This document shows positions 26,005-35,537 of a stretch of DNA of 64,000 bases, in pieces. Under the pieces are notes generated by a model. The model worked only from the letters and a program-made list of their open reading frames with translations. It was not told where the DNA came from and ran no database searches. The stretch spans positions 148,403 through 212,402 of the forward strand of contig JBAZRH010000001.1 in NCBI GenBank assembly GCA_041663045.1, read 5' to 3'. The first letter of the stretch is position 1. Each line of letters begins with the position of its first letter. A program made the position numbers and the translations under genes. Source of the DNA: Minisyncoccota bacterium (GTDB lineage: Bacteria; Patescibacteriota; Minisyncoccia; Phycocordibacterales; GWA1-40-21).

Positions 26005-26865
26005 TTATTTATTATTTAATTTTTTACTATTAATCCAAGCTGCTAACCACTTAACATGAAAAGAAAAATCTTTTTCATTTCTACTATTGTCTTCGTATGG
26101 CCTTTTGCACACCACTCTCGGCGCTGCCATTATCCTTCCTCCAGAGAGCAGGATCGCTCTAAAGAGTTGATTTCCTACCATACCATTTACTGGAACAATG
26201 ACATTTGCACCGTCTTCTACGGCTAAGTCCAAATCAATAGACCAATTCTTTGCATCGTAACCGAGTTTCTTGAGTTCGGAGACAATCCACTCAGTATCTT
26301 CATATGTTTTATTTAAAATTCCTACAACACCATCTTTAATGTCTTTTTTCCTTTTATATGTCTCATGGCGTACGCCGGTGAAGACAGCTATTTTCGGTTC
26401 AACTCCCCACTTCTTTGTAAATTCTGCTATACCTTTTGCTATTTCAAATCTCTCTTCTTTATTCCAACCCTCTGGATTACTACAAAGGCCACAAAAGAGT
26501 TGATCTCCTTTTGGTGTTTCCATTAGGCCAGGATTAAGATCGAAGTGCTCACCCGTTATCTTTTTATAAGCATCGGCTGTTTTAAAATCATCAATTGTTC
26601 CTCTGATTATTCCCTCAACTTCATCGCTAGCCAGCATAGAGGCGATTTTTTGTTCAGGATTTTCATCAATAACTAATTTAAAGCCCTTTACGTCTTTTAT
26701 TGCGCCTGGGCCTACCAAAGTAATGTCTGCATACTCACTCATCTTGCTTAGGCAATCCAATATCTCTTTATCTGGAGTTGCCAAGCCAAAAGCAATATTT
26801 ACCCTGCCCTTCGCTGCAAGTTCTTCTACTTTTTTTGTGAAAGCCCCAAGTTTCTTCGTCGTCAT
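26005..26865 (-). CDS. PTA/PTB-family (phosphate acyltransferase-like) protein
   Basis: 286 aa; ADITLVGPG, SDEVEGIIRGTIDDFKTAD, LFCGLCSNPEG, EPKIAVFTG, VIVPVNGMVGNQLFRAILLSGGRIMAAP align motif-by-motif with the Pta/Ptb/PlsX fold. Confidence 0.45.
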   Translation of the reverse strand: MTTKKLGAFTKKVEELAAKGRVNIAFGLATPDKEILDCLSKMSEYADITLVGPGAIKDVKGFKLVIDENPEQKIASMLASDEVEGIIRGTIDDFKTADAYKKITGEHFDLNPGLMETPKGDQLFCGLCSNPEGWNKEERFEIAKGIAEFTKKWGVEPKIAVFTGVRHETYKRKKDIKDGVVGILNKTYEDTEWIVSELKKLGYDAKNWSIDLDLAVEDGANVIVPVNGMVGNQLFRAILLSGGRIMAAPRVVCKRPYEDNSRNEKDFSFHVKWLAAWINSKKLNNK

Positions 26866-26866
26866 A

Positions 26867-27946
26867 TTATTGCTTTGTTTGTCCTTTTAATAATTGGTCA
26901 ATATCAAGACAGGTTTTTTCTATGAGAGAATGCATAATAGCCATCTTTTGTTCATTATAAGAAAAATCTTTCCAATCACCGCTTTTTGGTCTATCCATAT
27001 AAGCCCTTTCATTGCATTCAATCTGAAGCGCATTTACGCCCATATTTCTACCTGCTCCACCCCAGAATTTGACATTGTGAACACCTTTCATATAATAATT
27101 TCTGATAAATAATTCACCCTTAATATCCTCTGAAATTAATTTCTTTTCATCTTCCGGTAAAGATTCATAGTTTGTTTTCAGGGCTTTTTCAAACGCTTCT
27201 ATAATATCGTCATCGCAACCTTCTCCATCTCTCGTGCCCAAAATAAACATTGGCATCATCTCTGGATCAGGAATACCATAGTGATCATACCAAGTCTTTG
27301 TATCAGCTGTAACAGGAAAAGAATGTCCATCTACAAGAAGAATCCTCTCCTCTTTTCTATTCTGCCTTTTATCTGCCATAGCTCCGACAGCACCCATAAC
27401 AGTATTGTAATAAGGCAGATAATATCTCTCCGCCCAATTCTCTGCTTCTTCTGCGGTCGGTTGCATATCTTCTTTGTACATAGGGCCGAATTTTGCACCC
27501 TTTGTCCAAAGTATTGTGCCCGGAGCTTTCCCCTTCTCATACTTTTTATCCAAATCAAATTCTGGTGCTCTGTTTGGGTCGACGACAAACCTAGATATAC
27601 CAAACTTTACCCAAGGTATTGTCTTGCTTTTAAATATTTCGGGTGTTCCAAGATCTGTAAGCGCAAGAGTTTCTGTGCCTTCTTCTGTCAGCCTATCTTT
27701 TAAGCTTTCTGGAGCATACTCTCCGGCGTGTGGTAATCCAATAATAACATTTGGACAGCCGTCTCTTGCTATCGGGCTAGTATCACTTTCTACCGCTTCA
27801 TTACCAGTTATCTCTTCTTGCCTCATTTCTGGACGAGACGGTAAACCCAAAGCTTCAAGTGTATTGTAAACTTTTTCGAGTTTTTCTCTTCTTTCTGTTC
27901 GAGAGTCCGTATCTGCGAAAGGAAATTTTGGAGGATGTTCGGTCAT
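26867..27946 (-). CDS. N-formylglutamate amidohydrolase (FGase)-family zinc hydrolase-like protein
   Basis: 359 aa; GLPHAGEYAP, LLVDGHSFP, LQIECNERAYMD correspond to the three conserved FGase blocks. Confidence 0.45.
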   Translation of the reverse strand: MTEHPPKFPFADTDSRTERREKLEKVYNTLEALGLPSRPEMRQEEITGNEAVESDTSPIARDGCPNVIIGLPHAGEYAPESLKDRLTEEGTETLALTDLGTPEIFKSKTIPWVKFGISRFVVDPNRAPEFDLDKKYEKGKAPGTILWTKGAKFGPMYKEDMQPTAEEAENWAERYYLPYYNTVMGAVGAMADKRQNRKEERILLVDGHSFPVTADTKTWYDHYGIPDPEMMPMFILGTRDGEGCDDDIIEAFEKALKTNYESLPEDEKKLISEDIKGELFIRNYYMKGVHNVKFWGGAGRNMGVNALQIECNERAYMDRPKSGDWKDFSYNEQKMAIMHSLIEKTCLDIDQLLKGQTKQ

Positions 27947-28005
27947 ATTTTTAAATTATTTAATAATGTCAATTATATCACTATTTTTATCCATCTCAAT
28001 AGACA

Positions 28006-29697
28006 CTAGCTCAGAATTCTCACCGTCCCGTGATTTGCTCTTACTTCTATGAGATCTCCATCTTTGATCATTTGTGTAGCTCTTTGTGTACCGATAATGC
28101 AAGGTTTACCAAGTTCTCGTGAGACAATCGCCGCGTGACAGGTGATACCACCTTCATTTGTGACAATTGCGGAAGCTTTTTTCATAAGCTGGATAAATTC
28201 TGGACGAGTCATACCCGTGACCAATATTTCTCCCTCATTAAATTTGTGAAAGTCTTCTTGACCAAGAATGATACGGGCGATACCTTTTACATAACCCTGA
28301 CAAGCCACTTGTCCAGACAAAATCTTTTCCGGTGCTTGCCCGAGTATTCTCTTTTCCATTTCATCGGATATTGATTGAGCCTCGGCTCCCTCTATTATCT
28401 TATAACCGCCACCGACTGTGGAGATCATCATTCCGTGCTCGTATCTTTTCTTTAATTGATTTAAAGATATAAGTCCTTTGAGTACATTTGGCACTTCATC
28501 AAATACTATATGTTTAAGATATTCATAAGGAATACTGGCTTTTATCTCAATTGCTTTCAAGACATAGTGCATTGAGTGAATACCCATAAGGTTAATCTGT
28601 TTTCTATATTCTCTCCAAAAGACCAATTTCTGAAAGAAAAATAGTGGATTCTGTTTTAAATTGTGTTTCTTAAGAACAGCGTCGATATTAGCTTTAACCG
28701 TTTTTTCATATCTCTTAATTTCTTCACACTTCTTTTTCCAGTCTTTGTCGCAGAGACATTGTTCTACTTCGTCAAATATCTCATCTAGCGTTATGTGATT
28801 CATATGAGCGTAGTTTGATTTATAGTAATCAAAGTCCAATATATATTTAGCTACATCTTTTGATCTTGAGAGATATTCTTTTATCTTTGCCGGTTTCTGT
28901 TGGAGTTTATTTTTAATTATCTTTTTTACTATTTCATAAAGTTTCAATAGACGTTCATTGTTGAAAGTCATAACTTCAGGTGTGGTAAGTGTAGAGACTT
29001 CTTCTGCGGTAAGTGCAAATTGTCTTTTTATTTCCTCTGTCTTTTTTACATCAAAACCGGCGTCGAATGAATCTATAAACAAACTCATTTGCCAGAAGCC
29101 GGCATAAGCATCAAATATTTCTTTCGTAAAGCTGACGATTTCTTCCGCAGAATAATTTAATATTTCATCGGCAGAATGTGAGAGATATATATTCTTTATA
29201 GCGTTCGCGTGTATATTGAATTCATCGAATAATTTTTCTAACTCTTTTTTGTCATTATATCTTTTGTATACCTGCTTTGAGAAATCAAGCATTATCTTTT
29301 TGTCCCAATAGACTTTCATATAATTTCTCTTGAAGAAACCTAAGTGATGGGTAGTAAAATCGCCAAACCAGTCGGTTGGTTGACTTTCAAATCCTAAGAA
29401 TGCCGGAATAGCTGTAAAAGGGATAATGTCACCCTCTTGTCTATAAGGTTCGTAAAATGCTGTTGTAAGATCATGTGACGTCTGCACTTTCTTTTCTTCA
29501 GTTGAAATTTTGAAAAGGTCAGCGGGCTGTATTTTGTATTTTGAACAAAGCTTTTCTAATGTATCAAATTTGATGCCATCAATTTTATTGTGAAAAATAG
29601 CTGTGATGGTATTACGATTGAGACCAGTTTCCCTCGCAATGTCGGATATACTCTTGCCCATTTTCTCGGCTATCTCTTTTAATTTGATTGTTATCAT
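28006..29697 (-). CDS. HTH (XRE-family) DNA-binding domain fused to PEP-utilising swivel phosphohistidine domain
   Basis: Start re-set to MITIKLKEIAEKMGKSISDIARETGLNRNTITAIFHNK (classic XRE helix-turn-helix). C-terminal [30 protein letters not shown] swivel. Shared WREYRK motif in the middle domain. Confidence 0.75.
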   Translation of the reverse strand: MITIKLKEIAEKMGKSISDIARETGLNRNTITAIFHNKIDGIKFDTLEKLCSKYKIQPADLFKISTEEKKVQTSHDLTTAFYEPYRQEGDIIPFTAIPAFLGFESQPTDWFGDFTTHHLGFFKRNYMKVYWDKKIMLDFSKQVYKRYNDKKELEKLFDEFNIHANAIKNIYLSHSADEILNYSAEEIVSFTKEIFDAYAGFWQMSLFIDSFDAGFDVKKTEEIKRQFALTAEEVSTLTTPEVMTFNNERLLKLYEIVKKIIKNKLQQKPAKIKEYLSRSKDVAKYILDFDYYKSNYAHMNHITLDEIFDEVEQCLCDKDWKKKCEEIKRYEKTVKANIDAVLKKHNLKQNPLFFFQKLVFWREYRKQINLMGIHSMHYVLKAIEIKASIPYEYLKHIVFDEVPNVLKGLISLNQLKKRYEHGMMISTVGGGYKIIEGAEAQSISDEMEKRILGQAPEKILSGQVACQGYVKGIARIILGQEDFHKFNEGEILVTGMTRPEFIQLMKKASAIVTNEGGITCHAAIVSRELGKPCIIGTQRATQMIKDGDLIEVRANHGTVRILS

Positions 29698-29725
29698 AAA
29701 AATACTAATGCTTATAATAAGCACA

Positions 29726-29777
29726 AGTATAGCATATCCACATATAATTGCAAGTAGTTGCCTAGTGTACTAGGCAA
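29726..29777 (-). promoter_or_regulatory. candidate promoter (TTGCAA-16-TATACT) with adjacent 9-2-9 palindromic operator TTGCCTAGT-GT-ACTAGGCAA
   Basis: minus-strand -35 at 29748-29753, -10 at 29726-29731; perfect palindrome 29758-29777 immediately upstream of -35 and immediately downstream of the preceding gene stop. Confidence 0.4.
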
Positions 29778-29784
29778 ATCATAC

Positions 29785-30531
29785 TTATCTCTTTATTCTT
29801 TTTCCCTCTACAGAGTCATCGATTCCCTTATGATCTATGATAAATTCTCTCAATCTAACTTCAGCATCTACGGCGTTATTATATGCTTTTCTAACTTCCG
29901 CGGCTATCAATGGATTTTTAGGTGCAGATAATTTTGTACTACCATCTAGCAACTCAGCATAACTTCTTTGACCTCTGGCTTCAGATTTGAGTTGCAGATA
30001 TTCTTTTTCATCATCTGTAAAACCAACATACCTTGACTCTGGATTTAGAAAGTTAATAAAACTAGTCATCTCTTTTACCGCCTCTTTCAATATTTTATCG
30101 TCTCTTTGCTTAAGCTCCTCTTCAGAGAAATTGTATATCATCTTTTCGTTTATAAAGTCTTGCAATTTTTTCTCTGCATTTTGTAAATCGACTTTAAGAT
30201 TTTCAGCGTCTTCTGGTGATCCGCCAGAAGAGAGGTGGGCCAGGATAACACCTTCTGCGTCTTCTACTTCCTGTGATAATTTATCGAACTCTGTTCTTAA
30301 CTCGTCGGCATGCTTATCGATCTTTTTGTTGAACCACTTTAAAGACATTTCACTAACCCATTTGTTGTATTTAGCCAACAGACGAATACCTTTATATATT
30401 ATAGCCTCAGAAAAGCCTTCTGCTGTCTCAATATCTCTATCTAGTTCAGGTATATACTTCACAGCCTCATCATGGATCGTAGCCATTTCCTGATAATCTC
30501 TTTTTATCTTATTTTGATCAAATGATTCCAT
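29785..30531 (-). CDS. hypothetical coiled-coil protein
   Basis: 248 aa; heptad-rich, E/K-rich; no motif recognised; embedded in the array. Confidence 0.4.
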   Translation of the reverse strand: MESFDQNKIKRDYQEMATIHDEAVKYIPELDRDIETAEGFSEAIIYKGIRLLAKYNKWVSEMSLKWFNKKIDKHADELRTEFDKLSQEVEDAEGVILAHLSSGGSPEDAENLKVDLQNAEKKLQDFINEKMIYNFSEEELKQRDDKILKEAVKEMTSFINFLNPESRYVGFTDDEKEYLQLKSEARGQRSYAELLDGSTKLSAPKNPLIAAEVRKAYNNAVDAEVRLREFIIDHKGIDDSVEGKRIKR

Positions 30532-30535
30532 AATA

Positions 30536-31615
30536 TTAATTATTAATGATTTTTATTATACCATTGTTGGCATCAACCTCTACCATATCCCCGTCTTTTA
30601 ATACCTTTGTGGCAATCTTGGTACCAATGACACAGGGTTTTTTGAGTTCTCTTGAGATAATTGAGGCGTGGCACATTATTCCTCCTTCATCAGTGATTAA
30701 AGCGGAACATTTTACTATAGCTGGCATTATCGCTGGGCTTGATTGAAAAGATACGAGAATATCTCCTTCGTTAAACTTTTTCATATCATCTATAGAATTC
30801 ACAACCTTTACTCTACCTCGAGCCGTGCCAGCAAAAGCGACATTACCTCTTATCTCTTTTATATCTTTATCAATTTTTTCAGATAGTAGTGATGGATAAT
30901 TGTCTGTAGTATAGTCGAATTTCACCAGCAGTGGGTTTTTATCTAGTGTCATTGCACACCATTTTGCTCTTCTCTCCAACTCTGTTTTATCTACAGACTT
31001 CTCTCCATTAATAATCTTTCTTAATTCTTCTGGGTGTATACATTCTGCAAGCTCTTCAGAGATATTCAGTGTTTTTATTGCTGCATCGAGATATTTACTA
31101 ATTACGTTTTTTACTATTTGCGGGTAGCGAGTTTCTTTCTTTAATTCCTCGTACATCTCTAGTGTCTTACCAAACACTTCTCTATTTTCGCCATTTTCCA
31201 AAGAAGTATTAATCGCATACAATACCCAAAAAGGTAATATAGTGCAGTAACCTAGATTCTCATTAAGTATTTCCATAACCTCATTGTAAGAATGTATATC
31301 TAGTTTAACTTTGTCATCAATATGTTTTAATAAAAGTTCATCTGCTTTCGTATTCAGTCTCTTGGCTTTTTCATACCAAGCTGTAAATGGTTTATTGTTT
31401 TTCTTGATCTGATTTAAAATATTTAATACAACTGCATCAATATTACTTTTTGTGGCGCTAAGGATACAAATACTATCTCTGTAAGCAAAAACAGATTCAG
31501 TAAAACCTATTCCTGTGGTGTTTTCTAAACATGTTTTGTGCTGCCAAATTGAGACAATTAAAGCAAAAAGCGTCATCTTCCTTTCAGCAAATATCTTTAA
31601 ATCTTGATTTTTCAT
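30536..31615 (-). CDS. PEP-utilising-enzyme swivel domain protein, paralog H
   Basis: 359 aa; [53 protein letters not shown]. Confidence 0.85.
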   Translation of the reverse strand: MKNQDLKIFAERKMTLFALIVSIWQHKTCLENTTGIGFTESVFAYRDSICILSATKSNIDAVVLNILNQIKKNNKPFTAWYEKAKRLNTKADELLLKHIDDKVKLDIHSYNEVMEILNENLGYCTILPFWVLYAINTSLENGENREVFGKTLEMYEELKKETRYPQIVKNVISKYLDAAIKTLNISEELAECIHPEELRKIINGEKSVDKTELERRAKWCAMTLDKNPLLVKFDYTTDNYPSLLSEKIDKDIKEIRGNVAFAGTARGRVKVVNSIDDMKKFNEGDILVSFQSSPAIMPAIVKCSALITDEGGIMCHASIISRELKKPCVIGTKIATKVLKDGDMVEVDANNGIIKIINN

Positions 31616-31616
31616 C

Positions 31617-33098
31617 TTATTTTATAATCTTAATCACACCGTTATTTGCATCCACTTCCACCGTATCACCGCTTTTTAAGACTTTAGAAGCGAATTTTGT
31701 ACCTATTATACAGGGTTTCTTTAGCTCCCTTGCCACAATAGCCGCGTGGCAAGTGACGCCACCCTCATCTGTGACAAAAGCTGCGGCCTTTTTCATAAGG
31801 CTTAGAAAGTCTGGGCGAGTCATACCTGTAACTAGAATATCCCCTTCATTAAACTCTCCTGGGTTATGTGCGTCCATAACTACCCTGACAATACCTTTTA
31901 CAAAACCCTTTTGTGCTACCGTACCTTTGATCTCTTTTGTGTCTTTTAAGTTTTCAATTTTAGGATTGATTTTTTCCCAGAGTTTTTCTGCCTCTTCACC
32001 ATAATACATCTTTTCTTGCCCCAGAATATCATAGAAATAAATACACTCTTCCTTTCTTCCGTTAATATTAAAGTCATCTATATTTTTATTTCCTTCTACT
32101 ATCTTGTCTAATTCCCAAGGTAGTAATAAAGAAGCGTCGTCGTATTTTAGATTATATTTATCGCATAACCATTCCAAGTGAGCACCGAGATAATGATTTG
32201 CAATTAGATTGTACTCTTTCCTCCTATCTACCCACCAAGCGATTTTACCCAGCCAAAGTATTTTCTCATAGTCTTCCGGATCGAGTATATTCTTAATCTT
32301 AATATCCTCACACTCTTTTTGATGTACTTTTGCATAGTTTTCAAGTTCCTCAAGATTTTCTTTGGGGTTGAGTTTTATATCCTTCAGAATTTCAAGCAAT
32401 TGTTGAGCGAAGAATTCAATAGACAAAGCCGAAACGTTTTTATAATTATTTTGTATCCAGTGAAAAGACTTTTGAATCTTTGTCAGACCTTTCACAATCT
32501 TTGAATCAGTCAAAATGTCTTCCAGAGATGTATGGCCGTCTCGATTACAAGATAGTGCAAGTTTAAACAATTCTTGCCTGTAACGATTCAGAAAAGTCTC
32601 CCCATATGGTTCAATTAATATTCGTAAGGATTTTTCTTGGTCAGGATATTTTTTCAACATTTCGTTGAAGAAAGTCTCACCATATACAAGCACCCCGTCT
32701 ATAACTACAGCCGAAATGTACTCGGCATCATAGACCTTAATAAAATTATTAAAATTATTATGTAAATATTCCTCACCTTCTCTCTGTATATCTTCAATAA
32801 AGTCCTTAAAATCTTTCTCATCCTTTAAAAAATCTTTGTATACTTTGTCTAAAATATCTCTATTATTTATAACCTTCTCAAACGATTTATGATATTCATT
32901 TTGATCTGCCAAAAACTGTGCTTCGGCACCAGATTTTGTAATCCTTCCTCCACAAAAGCTTATCAAATAGTACCCCGGGTATCTTTCATAGGTACCTTTT
33001 GTCCATTGTTTGAGTGCATAGCCTATAATATATGGCGAGATTCCACTATTTAGTATCAGCCACTCTTTTACACTTTTAATTCTTTGATCAATTTCCAT
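31617..33098 (-). CDS. PEP-utilising-enzyme swivel domain protein, paralog I
   Basis: 493 aa; [52 protein letters not shown]; WWVDRRKEY motif. Confidence 0.85.
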   Translation of the reverse strand: MEIDQRIKSVKEWLILNSGISPYIIGYALKQWTKGTYERYPGYYLISFCGGRITKSGAEAQFLADQNEYHKSFEKVINNRDILDKVYKDFLKDEKDFKDFIEDIQREGEEYLHNNFNNFIKVYDAEYISAVVIDGVLVYGETFFNEMLKKYPDQEKSLRILIEPYGETFLNRYRQELFKLALSCNRDGHTSLEDILTDSKIVKGLTKIQKSFHWIQNNYKNVSALSIEFFAQQLLEILKDIKLNPKENLEELENYAKVHQKECEDIKIKNILDPEDYEKILWLGKIAWWVDRRKEYNLIANHYLGAHLEWLCDKYNLKYDDASLLLPWELDKIVEGNKNIDDFNINGRKEECIYFYDILGQEKMYYGEEAEKLWEKINPKIENLKDTKEIKGTVAQKGFVKGIVRVVMDAHNPGEFNEGDILVTGMTRPDFLSLMKKAAAFVTDEGGVTCHAAIVARELKKPCIIGTKFASKVLKSGDTVEVDANNGVIKIIK

Positions 33099-33099
33099 A

Positions 33100-34440
33100 T
33101 TATGAAATTATACGAATGATTCCAACATTTGCATCGACTTCTACCAGATCGCCATCTTTAAAAACTTGTGTAGCTATCTTTGTGCCTATTATACAAGGTT
33201 TTTTCATTTCTCTGGCAACAATTGCAGCGTGAGAAGTGATTCCTCCTTGATTAGTGACGAATGCAGCCGCCTTTTTCATTCCAACAATATAATCTGGCAT
33301 TGTCTCTGGAGATACGATAACATCTCCCTCATTTATTTTCTTTAGGTCATTAATGTCCTCTATAATTTTTACAAAACCTTTAACCTTTCCTTTAAATGCA
33401 ATGTTGCCGTGAACTATCTTTTGATCTGTAGTTAATTTTGGTTCAAATATTTTTAATACTTGCTTAAGTTCATCTCCAAAATATAGCTCAGAGACACCAT
33501 TTATGTATGATACTCCACTACATTCAAGACCGTTCTGATCCAGACGTTTTTTTGTATCTATTGGTAAAATATTTTTTTCTGTAAGATAGATTATTTCTTC
33601 CGGAGTTAGAACACCCAAATCTTCCCGTCTTAGGCTATGTCTTAATGCTACATTGTCTAGAGCCGCCCACTGATAATAAACCATTTTACCCGCAAGCTCT
33701 GCGTGAAGAGATCTAAAATAAATAAGTTTTTGTAAGATAATTATTTTTGATTTAATCTCTTTATCCAATGATTTAATATCTATATTTGGCGCACTTTCTT
33801 TGTCCATTGTCTTCCGTAATTCTTTCTGTATATCAAGTATAGTCAATCCATTTCCCGATAGACGTCCAGTTCCAAACCATTCAAAATCTTTTATAAAATC
33901 GTCAATACTAATCTTACTCATTTTTAGCTGATAAAGAGCCTCCTTATATTGCATTGTATATGTGTGTTTAAATGGAATAAGAATTTTTGCAAATTGATCT
34001 GCTGTCAAGCCGCTTTGAGCCGCGATCTCCGGGACAAGTTTTTCTAGACCTTTGTCACAAAAATGTATTAACATTGTAATACATCCGTTGTCTTTAAGTA
34101 ATTTCATACAGGAAACTACATCCCCATCTCTTTTCAGATTATTAGCTAGATATTCAATTTTTTCTGCGAGATTAAAGAGCTTATCAAACCAGGAACTGTC
34201 ATTAAGGAATTTGTCTATAATAAATTTGTCAAAGATTCTGTGGTCAGCATCGCGAGTGTATAAATATCCATCTACACTTAAATACCAATCTCTAAACTCG
34301 GGTGGTAATGATAAATCTTTGAATATCTGTGTTAGAGAAAAACCGGAATATTGGGCATTACAAAAGACATTACTCTTCCATCTACCCCAGAATCTCCACT
34401 CACTAAAATCTGGAATTGAACTATGCATATCCTTTATCAT
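33100..34440 (-). CDS. PEP-utilising-enzyme swivel domain protein, paralog J
   Basis: 446 aa; [52 protein letters not shown]. Confidence 0.85.
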   Translation of the reverse strand: MIKDMHSSIPDFSEWRFWGRWKSNVFCNAQYSGFSLTQIFKDLSLPPEFRDWYLSVDGYLYTRDADHRIFDKFIIDKFLNDSSWFDKLFNLAEKIEYLANNLKRDGDVVSCMKLLKDNGCITMLIHFCDKGLEKLVPEIAAQSGLTADQFAKILIPFKHTYTMQYKEALYQLKMSKISIDDFIKDFEWFGTGRLSGNGLTILDIQKELRKTMDKESAPNIDIKSLDKEIKSKIIILQKLIYFRSLHAELAGKMVYYQWAALDNVALRHSLRREDLGVLTPEEIIYLTEKNILPIDTKKRLDQNGLECSGVSYINGVSELYFGDELKQVLKIFEPKLTTDQKIVHGNIAFKGKVKGFVKIIEDINDLKKINEGDVIVSPETMPDYIVGMKKAAAFVTNQGGITSHAAIVAREMKKPCIIGTKIATQVFKDGDLVEVDANVGIIRIIS

Positions 34441-34442
34441 AA

Positions 34443-35534
34443 TTACTTTATTATTCTAACCACCCCCTTATCCGCATCTACTTCCACCATATCTCCGTCT
34501 TTTAATACCTGCGTAGCGATTTTTGTTCCTATAATGCAAGGCTTCCTCATCTCGCGAGCTACTATTGCGGCATGGCTTAATATTCCCCCCTCGTCTGTAA
34601 TTATCGCAGAACTTTCTTTTATTATATAGATATCGTCAGGGTGTGTCATACTAGTAACTAGTATGTAACCTTTCTCTACAAGATGGTCTGAATTATTTCC
34701 TTGTATCTTATTAAATACTCTACCTTTAACTATCCCTTTGTATGCAGGGAAACCGTTAAGCTCTTTCTTTATGTCTTTTACTAAATAAAACTCTTCATAT
34801 ATTTTTCCAATCAAGTCTTTATCTGTCGAAGTCTCTTCGTATCCATCTATCGTCAATAAATAAAGATATTTCTCTCTTCTTAAATTTAAGACCTTTAGTA
34901 TGTCTATAATATTAAGTCTATTTCCAAGATAATCACCCATTTCCTTTTGCGTCAGATATCTCAGTAAATCTCCGTCAAAATTATTCATTTCCCCTATTTT
35001 GTGAGTGTATTCCTTTATCTTACTTTCTACTTTAGGATAAAATTTAGCAACGATATCTCTTTGTCTTGAAATAGATTCCACATCGATTGTCGTTAGTTTC
35101 CCTTTACTTGCTTCATTACCGATATATCTCCAGAAGCAATTATATATTCCAATACATGTCATATAATTAGAATATATGTTATTTATTAATTTCAAACTTA
35201 ATACTGGATCGTTATCATCCATCTTTTTAAATCTCTCTAAACATTCATTGAATGTGTTTATTGATGGTGTAAATACTATATCTCCAAGGTCTTTATAATT
35301 ATTATCAATGAATTCGCCGGTTTTTTGAGCGATCATCTCTTCATTAAAGAGTGTATGAAATTTTCCATCGCCCCCTATTCCGCAAACTGCATCATACGAA
35401 TATCCTAGTATTTTATACATTGGTTTTGTATATCCATAGAAAATACATGAAAGTGAATAAAGAGGCATCTCCCTTTGAGAAGTTGGTTTTAAACCTTTAT
35501 CTTTGATAATCTTTTCTATTTTAAAGAAATCCAT
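34443..35534 (-). CDS. PEP-utilising-enzyme swivel domain protein, paralog K
   Basis: 363 aa; [52 protein letters not shown]. Confidence 0.85.
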   Translation of the reverse strand: MDFFKIEKIIKDKGLKPTSQREMPLYSLSCIFYGYTKPMYKILGYSYDAVCGIGGDGKFHTLFNEEMIAQKTGEFIDNNYKDLGDIVFTPSINTFNECLERFKKMDDNDPVLSLKLINNIYSNYMTCIGIYNCFWRYIGNEASKGKLTTIDVESISRQRDIVAKFYPKVESKIKEYTHKIGEMNNFDGDLLRYLTQKEMGDYLGNRLNIIDILKVLNLRREKYLYLLTIDGYEETSTDKDLIGKIYEEFYLVKDIKKELNGFPAYKGIVKGRVFNKIQGNNSDHLVEKGYILVTSMTHPDDIYIIKESSAIITDEGGILSHAAIVAREMRKPCIIGTKIATQVLKDGDMVEVDADKGVVRIIK

Positions 35535-35537
35535 TTA

